From assembly GCA_025201805.1 (NCBI GenBank), contig MU619356.1, positions 1 through 42,906 of the forward strand: a DNA stretch of 42,906 nucleotides, in the 5' to 3' direction. This stretch comes from Parasitella parasitica NRRL 2501. Lineage: Eukaryota > Fungi > Mucoromycota. The notes below the pieces were generated by a model. That model was not told where the DNA came from, did not search any database, and was given only the letters and a program-made list of their open reading frames with translations. Positions 26,101-36,472 of the stretch are shown one piece after another. A program made the translations under genes and the position numbers. Each line of letters starts with the position of its first letter. Positions within the stretch are counted from its first letter, which is position 1.

Positions 26101-26290
26101 GATGTCAATTCTTGGGCCTGCAAGTTCGTCTGCTGCACTGTCAACACTGCCCAGAGATGGCAAAGCGCAAAGTAGGAATGAAAAAGTAGCCCAGTTGAAG
26201 CCTCGGCTGTAGCCTTCCAAGATGTATTATTTAACAGCTACTTTGCTTGATCCCAATCGACGTCAATACCCGGAGCAGACCTACTCTGCT
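23118..26290 (-). pseudogene. COP1: Unprocessed pseudogene of coatomer subunit alpha (alpha-COP)
   Basis: Collinear decayed motifs on the minus strand: YILEGYSRGFNWATF (~26230), EDKATRICELT (~26050), TKSIKTP..DILYAG (~25780), LYETVRIKSDVW..YCTLTRIKYALPQ (~25550-25455), AYLQQKGYPE, RFELAYECENLYVALE, QRTKNYDR, EQGGWG (~24720), NHISAGSFETVMQ (~24500), ILNR*IGVVDF (~23900), ICREYALGLAI, KRALELAA, DHNPFVICSLS*EPLNKGS, QIGLTGLG; stop at 23118. Many stops, frameshifts and deletions. Confidence 0.9.
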
Positions 26291-26905
26291 GAACCACACC
26301 CATTTATAGAGGCCGAGACATGATAGTGAGATAGTGATTACGGCTTGCGCCGAGTAAAGTATTCTCCTCTGTGATTTGACCCGACTTTGGCTTGAATAAA
26401 ATGCTCAAGCCTTGTCTTGATGGCTTTCAGATCTCTCTAGAGTACCGTATCCCTTTTTTTTACTCGCTTACGCCTACGCTTCGACTCGAACTGACTCGAA
26501 CTGCTCTCGGGTATTTCAAGCCCAGCAACCAGATTGGGGGCTGCATGATTCGGTTGGTGTTTTCCAACCAATGGATGCATGCTACGGGAGGAAAGGAGAG
26601 GAGGGAGATCTGAAATACGAGACGTGTGAACATGTGCGTTTGATACAACACACTTTCTGTAAAGATGATAGTGTCACAAAAAACGTCTCTGATCTTCTTG
26701 CATGAGAGGAAATCGTATCCATTGACTGGTCCTTTTTTAATTTAATTCCTTTATTTAGAATCAACAGACGAAGCTCTGAAGGAAAAAAAAATTTTCTCAT
26801 TTTTTTTTTTTGGACAGTATAAATTTGATTTGAGATAATTTTTCCCTCTGTTTCTCACACACAAAATCACACCTTCTTTTTTATTTTTTTTTGTTCAATT
26901 TATAC

Positions 26906-28574
26906 ATGTCTGCTACGCTGGGTTCTCCTCCTCTTTTACCGACTGAATGTAGCAAGGACGCTGCCCCTCCTCCGTCAGAAGACAAAAAGATCCAAACCAC
27001 TCCGCCCAAAACACCGCCTGGCGAGAAGGCTTCGTTGCCAGGTGAAAGTTCTCATCACAAAGACGACGCTCGTCTGTTATCTCAAGGCGAATTTGAGCCT
27101 GAGCAGCACTTTTACCCTCGCGTGCTGAATGCGCAAATCCATCCGTTGATCCAGTCCTTCTTCACGCTGGGGAATGACAGAATCATTGCTCGCTACACAC
27201 ATCTGAATCCGCAGGTCAAGGCTCAAGACTTGAAGGAGGTTCTGAGTTATAGTCCAAAGCATTTCCAATGGGCTGGTAAGTTTCTGTTGACGCTAGCATT
27301 GCCTAGCAACCCAATTGACCCGTCGTTTGCACGTAGGCTCTGACTTGTTCAACGTAACCACTGCCTCGGGCCATCGCCAAATGATCGTGATTGAAACCAA
27401 TTCGTGTCCCTCTGGCCAAAAGTCAATGCCGTTGCTGTCTGAAACCGGTGATCATAATGAGCAGGGCGGCTACCGTCTGGTGATTGAATCCGCCTTTCAA
27501 GACCAACTTTCAAAAGCAGATCCCAGTCTAGGCGGATTAGCAGTGGTATGTGACAAAAATATGATGGAATCCAGCGGTTATGCTGCGGTGCTAGCGGATG
27601 TTGCAAAGGAACATGTCTGGCTCGCTGAATGGCATGCTGATGACCCAGATCCAGACATCAAATGGCAAGATCGCGTCCTGTACATTCGTGACAAAGAGAA
27701 AGTGTGGCACCCCATTCGTGCGTGTTTCCGCTATCTCACGCAAAAGCCGTGGAACCGATTTCCACTCAAGACAAAGACTATCGTCATGAACCAGATCATC
27801 AGTTGTCTTGCGGGTGGACGCAACAAAATGATGGCTGCAAGAGCGTACGACTTTTATAACAAGGACATTTTGGCCACCGGTCTCAGTATAAAAACGCCTG
27901 AAACGATCAACAACGTTACACTCGGGGAGATCCCTTTGTGGATCAATTCAATGGGAGGACATGCAGTGCTCAAGGTGCCCTATAGCAATGCAGGACAAGG
28001 AGTGTATACAATCACTAACCAAGCCGAATTGGACGACTTTATGAAACAAGACCACCACTATGACAAGTTTATTGTCCAGTCTCTCGTTGGTAATGCCTCT
28101 TGGTCAAGTGTCACTACGGCTGGCAAATTCTACCATGTTGGCACTATCCCCAATAAGAAGAATAATACCTACGTAAGCGATCTTCGCATGATGGTGACTG
28201 GCAGTGAGCAAGGATTCAGGCCCATCTGCATCTATGGGCGCAAAGCGAGGTTGCCATTAGCTGGGGACTTGCCACCTGATGCGAATACATGGGATATGCT
28301 TGGCACAAACCTGTCTGTAAAGCTGCCGGACGGTGGCTGGACGACTGATACTTCAAGGCTTATTTTAATGGATAGAAAGGATTTCAATCAGCTTGGCTTG
28401 GGTATTGACGATCTTATTGATGCTTATATCCAAACTGTGTTGGCAGTAATTGCTATTGACCGCATGGCCACCAGGCTCATGGAGAATGGTAAATTTGACT
28501 ATGGCCTATTTGAAAGTCTTAACCCTGACAATGCCTTGATGAATGAAATAAGACAAGCAAATGAAGATTTCTAA
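26906..28574 (+). CDS. Uncharacterised 535-aa protein with circularly permuted ATP-grasp ligase motifs
   Basis: Exons 26906-27275 and 27337-28574 (61-nt GT-AG intron) join in frame. Motif order: GSDLF...VIETNSCPSG near the N-terminus, then AVLKVPYSNAGQGVY, KFIVQSLV, YVSDLRMMV, IYGRKAR. The gene model is more certain than the fold call, which is inferred. Confidence 0.8.
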
Positions 28575-28712
28575 ACTACATCTATTGCAATGTATATACA
28601 CACTTGTGAATAAAAAATTTTAATGGTTTATTATTATATACTTTCAGGAGCAACCGCTATAATGCAAGCCTTGCATATGCATTTAAGGCTGTGGATCCAC
28701 TCTATTTCCCTT

Positions 28713-28738
28713 TCTCTCTCTCTCTCTCTCTCTCTCTC
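28713..28738. repeat. (CT)n microsatellite immediately upstream of the permease ATG
   Basis: tctctctc... run, about 13 units. Confidence 0.9.
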
Positions 28739-28763
28739 CATTCCTTATCTTTTATAGCATTGA

Positions 28764-30728
28764 ATGGATTTATCGAATAACAATATACAGGATTCCTCCA
28801 TCCATATTTTGAATGAGATGGATGCTTTTAGCAATGAAACAAAGCCATCCCCTGAGCCACGCAGCGGCGGTTGGAAACATGCCATCAAATATTATTTCCC
28901 TCATTACAAGCATCAGAAAAGCGGAACTGTACAGATAGAAGAAAGGCCTAGCTGGCTTCAATGCGTAGCATATGGTATCCAGCACGTGCTAGCCATGTTC
29001 AGTGGTGTGATCGTCTTGCGTAAATAGATGAATTCGTAAAATACCATACAGAAACTAAAGCCATCACATTTACACTATAGCCCTTATCTTGGGTTATGAT
29101 TCCAACAGTACGTACAAGTATCATATCATCAAAACTAGCCATTCATATTTGAAAACGTACATACATACATACATACATGTATATATGTATATATATAAAA
29201 CATAGCATCTTTGTTTTTCTCTGGATTATCCACAGTCATCTTCTTTATAGTAACGGGCGGACGAGTGCCATCTTACTTGGGGTGTTCAGGGTCATTCGTA
29301 AGCATCATATTGACCATTTCAAACTACACTAGCACACCAAACTCAGGAATGAATACAAACACTGCTAGTGTTCAGGGTGCCATATTCGTACTGAGTCTCG
29401 CTTATGCGACAGTAGCACTGGTAGTCATGATGTTTGGCTATTCATGGTTGGAATTTGTGATGCCCCCTAGTAAGTATGATCAGATGTAATTACATAGGTA
29501 TACCGTAGTCTATGCTCATTAAAGACATTCAGTTGTTACCGGCTCAATCATCACAAGCATCGGACTGCATCTTGCCTTCTTATCTTATGATGAGGCCACC
29601 ACATCATCATTTGACACTTATATGGCTGTTGCTACTGCAGCTGCTGTTATGCTGATCTCAGTCTACGCCCCAACTAATGCTTTGCGCAGGATGTAATGTA
29701 ATTCACCATGCATCTTTGGCAAATGTGGGCCTAATTTTGAATTGGAAAGAGCTCTTTTACTAGGGACCATGCTAGGCTACTTTATTCATGCCATGTGCGG
29801 ATTGAAGGGCATAGGGCCGCCTATAGACTATTCAGAAATTGCTTCTAATCCATGGATTCGTGCGCCAACTGTTTATTTCAGTTTAAAATTTGAGGCAAGC
29901 TCAGTCGGCATGGTAATGCCTATATTGGTTGTACTCTTGGCAGAGAATCTTGGGTAAATGTTTACAACAATATGCCACGGATCAGGTTATTAATACCAAG
30001 TAATAAATGCATAAATCATAGACATATGAAAGCAATCAGTTCCATCACAAACAGGCCCATGCTGGGGTTCGTTGGAAGAGCATATTTAGGCGATGCCCTG
30101 GGGTGTTTTGTAGCAAGTTTGACTGGCGCCGTTCCATTTACAACGTATGCCGAAAACATTGGAGTTTTGGTATGCAAAGAAACCCTCAGAACGTTATCAT
30201 GGCAAAAAAATAGATATTAAATCTTGCATCATTACCTAGTCAGTAACTCAAGTTTTCTCGCCATTAGTGATTCTCTTTGCAGCCGTGTTTGCCATGCTAC
30301 TAGGCTTCTTTGCAAAATTCAGTGCAATAGTAAAGTCGATTCCTCAAGGGGTGCTTGGTGGTGTTACGATCATACTGTATACTCTGATTGCAGTTACAGG
30401 CATACGAATCTGGGTTGTGAACAAAGTGGATTTTAACGGTATGTATGTCTCTTTATTACTATACACATGACACTGATTGACTTTTTTCATTCTGGCGATA
30501 AAAACCGCAGATACTCGGAACATATTCACAGGTGGTTTGCCCATCCTCCTCGCAACCGTCATGCAAAAGCCAATTCAGATAAATAGCTTTCAATTAGACG
30601 GAATTGGCGTGGCAACGTTTGGTTGCATCATTTTACATCAGCTTTTAAAAGGCTACGAGGGATTGGCTGCGTTGAAGAAGAGCATCCAATCAGCATTTAA
30701 TAAAAAAAGAACCAGCGAAACTGTGTAG
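28764..30728 (+). CDS. Nucleobase:cation symporter-2 (NCS2/NAT) permease, UraA/RutG-like, about 8 exons
   Basis: TM1 YGIQHVLAMF, VTGGRVPSYLGCSGSF, VMPP/VVTG-like segment, LAENLG/HMKAI, GRAYLGD, signature PFTTYAENIGVL/SVTQVFS, SIPQGVLGG, GIRIW. Confidence 0.92.
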
Positions 30729-31658
30729 CAGCTGCAGTAGGATAGGAATATTGTTACTTGTGCGTCCTTGATTTATGATTTATCGTTTGCAAACATTTGA
30801 GACAAAAATACAATGCAGTCGCATAAATTGACTTGCAAAAAAACTGTGTCTTTATCGCTTGCTACGGTATTCGACAAAGATAGTATACCAGTAGACGTTA
30901 CAGACTACGTTGAAGCCGTAGATGAAAAAATAAAAAAAGAGATCAACTGACAACCTCACATTCGATTCAAAACAACAACAGCCTCGTTAAAAACTAGAAG
31001 AAAGACTTTCATGTCAATAAAATTGATGCTTGGCAGTAAAGCAATCCAGAGCGCCAATGCACTTTTCCAATGCAACACAATGGTATTATAGCGCACAGCC
31101 TCTTCATTCTCCGCGCATAGGGCTGGATGAAAAACTTTTTGCTTTGGTTGAACCCACAACTTGTATAATACAGATCTCTTTTACTTGAACATATGGCACA
31201 AAGGGCCGGAAGAAATCGCTTTCCAAATACATCTCTAGAAGCGGCCAACTTGGTTCGTGTAGCCAAGACAGTCGGTATCAGTAGACAAGCCATTGAGGAT
31301 GATGTAGAGTATTTATTGTACAGTTTCATAAGTGTATGTCAAAATAAGAGTAGTAAAACAGCATGGTAATGGTAATGGCAATGGTAATGATGATGATTAT
31401 TATTATTTATACAGCACCCGACACAAACATTCCACGACTTTGATATCTTGTGGCATAAACTGCACTTTAACCATGTCCATTTCGCCTGTGTCAAAAGAGA
31501 GTTCCGTGAAAAGTACATGAATGCGTTTTATAAAAGCTTCTTGGGTAATTGAATCAACAGTATCCGTTTTGCATGCAGCATATTGAGACATTGCACTAGA
31601 CTATTTCCCTAGCAATATCGTTTCACTCAAAATCGGTGTTATTTTCTCACTGTATTTC

Positions 31659-32433
31659 ATGTATATCTCACAGCCAGCAATATGGGGTAAAAATCGCATT
31701 AGAGTTACAAAAGGTAAGAGCCCTATCTTTGTTTATCATTGCGCTATGTGGATTGTTCCCTTACTAAAAGGACGAACCAACTAGACATTTATCATTGTTT
31801 ATTTGAGTTTTACGTGCAAAGCATTGACACGGACACTAATGTTGAAGCTGCGTTGATCTTTGACAAACTGAAGAATACAGAGGCCTTTTTGTTTGTACAA
31901 GAGCAGGACCCAGATTCCCATTTTACAGAAGAGAAGATTGAATTCAAAAAGGCTATCGAGTGAGTAAATGCATCGTTCAGGAGTCAAGGGCTTTACGAAT
32001 AACACCTCTCTTTTCGATAGAATGAATCATAAATTGCGTGAATTCAAAAGAAAGAAAATAGACAATGACCCAGTAAGTTAAGCGTAGAGAGTACTTGATG
32101 CCTGTTGGACTAATCTGCGACAAAAAGATCGATGTCTGCTCTGATGGCAAACTTGATGACTACACTTTACTAGCGCTCGAATATCAAAATGCAAAGCGCG
32201 AGACATTTTATACCCCACAGGCCGCATCTGCTATGAAAAGGACTCTGAAAGAAGCTGCAAACGTTGTTGAAGCTAGGCCAAAATATCTGAGAAATTTCTT
32301 GTTGAATAGCACGCTTGGTCATGATGAGATGGACATTGTAAATCAGGTCAAACGAGCTGGCCAGCAAATGCTGAATTCGAAGCGACGGAAGTTGAGCAGA
32401 GAAGCAAATGCTCCTAATGAGCATATAATTTAG
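31659..32433 (+). CDS. Hypothetical protein, 4 exons, no recognised family
   Basis: ATG at 31659. Three GT-AG introns (first 31714-31784) join MYISQPAIWGKNRIRVTK/DIYHCLFEF...KKAIE/MNHKLREFKRKKIDNDP/IDVCSDG...EHII* in frame. Two basic NLS-like patches (KRKK, KRRK). Confidence 0.65.
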
Positions 32434-32657
32434 GCTAGTCGAAATACTCGATGTTGATTTTTACTCTTGATCCAGTTAATAAAACCTTGAACGATTTTCT
32501 TTTACCATTGCTGATAATCACTTTTCGGTACTTGACTTGCGGTTAGTTGATAGTATTAAAAAGCAGTCCGTAGCCCCATCCTAGGAGTATAGCGAAGGCT
32601 ACGATATTCAGCCAATGCACTTTTTATTGCTTGCCAGAAGAAAACAACTAGCAGATA

Positions 32658-33004
32658 ATGGAGCCTTCAAGAGACACAGACGTCAAGGAAACAATTGATA
32701 GTGAGTTGGTATCGCACACGTTACAGGATCCCTACTAAATAGAGCGAGCGCACAAGTTCTCTCTGAGATGGCAAACATTTTGAATACAGGACTCGACAGA
32801 GAAACATTGAGTTTATGTGTGTCCTTGTGCGAACGAGGCATTAATCCAGAAGCGCTTGCCGTAAGTAAATTTCAGTGACGACTGTACAGAGCATTTCTCA
32901 ACGTGTTTTTCTCTGAGCAGACTGTCATCAAAGAGCTTCGAGAGCTTGAAAGCAGCAATGCTCCCGCAGCAGCAACCTCTGCATCCACATCTTCCAGACG
33001 CTGA
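32658..33004 (+). CDS. MZT1: Mitotic-spindle organizing protein 1 (gamma-tubulin complex), 3 exons, about 76 aa
   Basis: Spliced product [57 protein letters not shown]...; LNTGLD and [13 protein letters not shown] are MOZART1 signatures. Confidence 0.92.
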
Positions 33005-33052
33005 GATTTTTTATACCCGCATACAGACTATTTTTATGAATAAAAACGACTC

Positions 33053-33084
33053 TTTTTTTTTTCTTTTTTTTTTTTTTCTTTTTT

Positions 33085-33139
<55 letters not shown>

Positions 33140-33154
33140 CTTTTTTTTTTTTTT
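33053..33154. repeat. About 100-nt poly-T / polypyrimidine tract
   Basis: Nearly pure T run between the MZT1 AATAAA and the PNK start codon. Confidence 0.9.
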
Positions 33155-33178
33155 CTTCCCTCCCTCTCTTCCAACCTG

Positions 33179-34655
33179 ATGAAGCGAGCAGGTCTAGACA
33201 CAGCGCAAAGAAGCAGCAAGACACAGAAAAAAGGTTTACCGAGCATTTGATTCGCCTCAAACATGCGTTGACAATTCCAGTAGGACATCATCCCTTCTTT
33301 GACATGAGCCCCAGAAAGTCTGCTTTGAAATGGATAAATGCATTGGAGTCCGTGTTGATTGCAAAGTCACCAGTAAATGAAGCTGCAAGAAGCAAGATAG
33401 CCGCATTTGATTTGGTAGGCGCTGGTTTGTCGAGCCATGGAGAGTGTGCACTGACGCCGCTGTCTTGCTAGGATGGTACGCTTATTTCAACGAAAAGCGG
33501 GCGTGTCTTTGCAAAGGATGAGAACGATTGGCGTTGGTGGGACCCTACTATCCCCAAACGTATTGACGCATTGTACAATGAGGGGTAAGAGCATAAAGAG
33601 AGACCGCTCAAGATAAGCTGGTGTTCACCATCAAACTAGGTATAAAATCGTCATTTTTTCGAATCAGAACGGCCTCAACAGCGACAAAAAGACAAAGGGG
33701 TTCCAGTTCAAGATTGAAGCCATTTTGAATCAAGTCAGCTCCCCAGTGCTAGTGATGGCTGCAACGAAAAAAGACAAGTACCGCAAACCAATGACGGGTA
33801 TGTGGGAATGGCTGGAGCAAAACAACGGTGATGTGTCTATTGACAAAAGCCAGAGCTTCTATGTGGGAGATGCTGCGGGCAGAGACGATGGCTGGAAACC
33901 CAGATACAAAAAGGACCATTCATGCGGTGATCGTAAATTTGCGGATAATGTCAATATTGCCTTTTATACACCCGAGGAATTTTTCTTGAAGGAGCCCAAG
34001 GCGAAATTCCAATGGAGAGGGTTTAATGCAAAGCAGCATATAGCCTCAGCATGTAATTTCAAAATCCATGGGCTGAGGGTATCAATTGACTTTTTTTTTG
34101 CTTTTTCTTTTTTGTTTTGTTCTAGTGCCATTGTATACGCCTGACTCGACGCCGTTAGTCAGTCAAGAGGATGGAAAAAGCGAGGTAGTCGTCTGTGTTG
34201 GATATCCTGCAAGCGGAAAGAGCAGCTTTGCGAAAAAGTACCTGGTCCCTAAAGGATACGTGTATATCAATCAAGACACTCTGAAAACTAGAGACAGATG
34301 CATTGCAGCGTGTCAAGCTGCGCTATCCCAGAAAAAGTCGGTTGTTGTTGATAACACGAATCCAGAAAGAGCCACCCGTGCTCTATACATCAAACTTGCT
34401 CAAAATGCCAAAGCCTCTGTTCGGTGCTTTTATTTTGGAGACGATGAAGAGCTGTCGCAGCACAACAACTACTACAGAGCCGTCCATAAGCCTGAGGAAA
34501 AGAGGGATTTGTTGAGTAGTATTGCCTTTCGTACGTTCAAATCAAAACTGCAGGAGCCGTCTACTGCTGAAGGTTTTGAAGAGGTCAAGAAGATTAATTT
34601 TGTGTTTGACGGTCCCGATAGTGATAAAGAAGCCTGGCAAACGTGGTGGCATTAA
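33179..34655 (+). CDS. PNK1: Bifunctional polynucleotide kinase / 3'-phosphatase (PNKP/Pnk1), about 5 exons
   Basis: HAD motif KIAAFDL/DGTLI, IVIFSNQNG, YRKPMTGMW, FYVGDAAGR, DHSCGDRKFA; kinase P-loop VGYPASGKS, INQDTL, VVDNTN. Start is 33179 (short first exon) or 33304. Confidence 0.93.
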
Positions 34656-35028
34656 AACACACTTGAGAAATCCTGCAATAGTAAACGTATCAATAAACTG
34701 TGAGCTTCCAAGTCTTGACAATTTCAAAAGTAATCGCTATAACACTATTACTCTCTCTCTCTCTTGTCATCTGATTGGTAGGAGCTGCAGACCATGTACC
34801 ATGTACCATATCCATTTACTATTACTAAATTACGGGCATACAAGGTCCATTTGAAAACTGTATTTAGCTGCATTGGTGTGATATTATACGGTATCATAGC
34901 AACAGGACAAATCGACTCCGCGATGAACGCCTGGGCGCAAAAAAATTAAGCAAAGGGGAGGGGTGTTTATCAGATTGAAAATAAATACATCATTTTTTTT
35001 TTTTTTTTTTTCAAAATCCCATTCTACC

Positions 35029-35764
35029 ATGCTACGAACTACCAGCAGACAGCTTTCACGCCATACCGAACAGATATTCAAACGCACATTATACAATTAC
35101 ACCGGCAATGACCAGCCGCTTAGCAATCGCAAGCTGACGGATGAGGAGCGTGCCTATCTGGATCCTATGATCCGTGTGGACCAAGCGGGCGAAGTGGGCG
35201 CCTATTACATATACAAAGGCCAAATAGCAGTGCTGGGCAACGACAAGCACCTGAGACCTATCTTGCAAGAAATGTGGGACCAGGAAAAGGAGCATCTAGC
35301 TCGCTTTGATCACCTGGTTGGCCAGCATCGGGTGAGGCCAAGTTTATTGAGGCCCGTATGGGAAGCTGCTGGCTATCTTGTGGGTGCTGGCACGGCTCTG
35401 ATGGGTAAAGAGGCAGCTATGGCATGCACCGAAGCTGTCGAAACGGTGATTGGCAACCATTACGACGATCAATTAAGGGAACTGGTAGCAATGAAGGAGC
35501 CTAATCAAGATATAGCTGACCTCAGCAAGGTAAGAAGAATTCAAGCCGATGACAGCAGCAGCAAAAACAATGTTAACGGCTATTTTTTTTTTTTTTTTTT
35601 CTTTTTTTTTCATATAGACGGTAGCTCAGTTTAGGGACGAAGAGCTGGAGCACCATGACATTGCTGTTGCGCATGATGCCCAGTTGGCGCCTTTCCATTC
35701 AGTTCTGAAGGGTGTCATTATGCAAGGGTGCAAAACCGCTATTTGGATTGCTGAACGAGTTTAA
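35029..35764 (+). CDS. COQ7: 5-demethoxyubiquinone hydroxylase, mitochondrial, 2 exons
   Basis: IRVDQAGEVGA..IYKGQ, QEKEH, AMACTEAVETVIGNHYDDQLR, FRDEELEHHD di-iron motifs. Intron 35530-35617. Confidence 0.96.
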
Positions 35765-35985
35765 TAAACTACGGATCGTTTTCATGTGCCAAAAACCCCT
35801 CGATACGTGCAGTTTCCCATGCTCCCAACAAGAACCAAAAGAAAGGGCTACGATTGAAATGCCGTTCCTTTGGCATAAACATGTGAAAGTTTTGATTATT
35901 GCATTTAAATAGCACGCGCTTGTTTTCTTTTGCGTTTTTTTTTCTTGTTTCTTCTTTTCACCGTCGAAATATAAAAACATACAAA

Positions 35986-36378
35986 ATGTCTGATATCAAA
36001 ACTGCTGGTTTCAAAAGCTCTGAAGTCTTTGCTGCCCTCAAACAATCAGTCGACACTCTCCCTGCTGACGGCAAAGCTAAGCTGATCAAGCAGGTCAATG
36101 GTATCTTTGAGTTTGTTGTGAAGAATGGTGACGGCAAGACAGAGACTTTTACAGTTGACCTCAAGAAGGGAGGATCCGTTATCAAGGGAAAGGGACCCAA
36201 CAAGGCTGATGCTATTATTTCCATCAACGATGCCGATTTTGTCGACTTGGCCTCTGGTAAATTAAACGGCCAAAAGGCCTACATGTCTGGTAAGCTCAAG
36301 ATTAAGGGTCAAATGATGCTGGCCACTAAGCTCGACACCGTCTTCAAGCAACTTGCTGGCGACAAGTCCAAGTTATAA
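35986..36378 (+). CDS. Sterol carrier protein 2 (SCP2) domain lipid-transfer protein, peroxisomal, 130 aa
   Basis: FTVDLKKG, ADAIISINDADFVDLASGKLNGQKAYMSGKLKIKGQMMLATKL; C-terminal SKL (PTS1). Start context aaaATG at 35986. Confidence 0.93.
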   Translation: MSDIKTAGFKSSEVFAALKQSVDTLPADGKAKLIKQVNGIFEFVVKNGDGKTETFTVDLKKGGSVIKGKGPNKADAIISINDADFVDLASGKLNGQKAYMSGKLKIKGQMMLATKLDTVFKQLAGDKSKL

Positions 36379-36472
36379 ATTTGCATGCAAATAAAATATT
36401 CCATATTCCAAACAATGTGTGCGTGTGTGTGAGAGATTAGTTGAATGTTTGTTTATTTGTTTTTGTGCGTAA

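Noticed and set aside
32928-33291. Poly-Lys and poly-Phe ORFs
   Set aside because: Translations of the poly-T tract.
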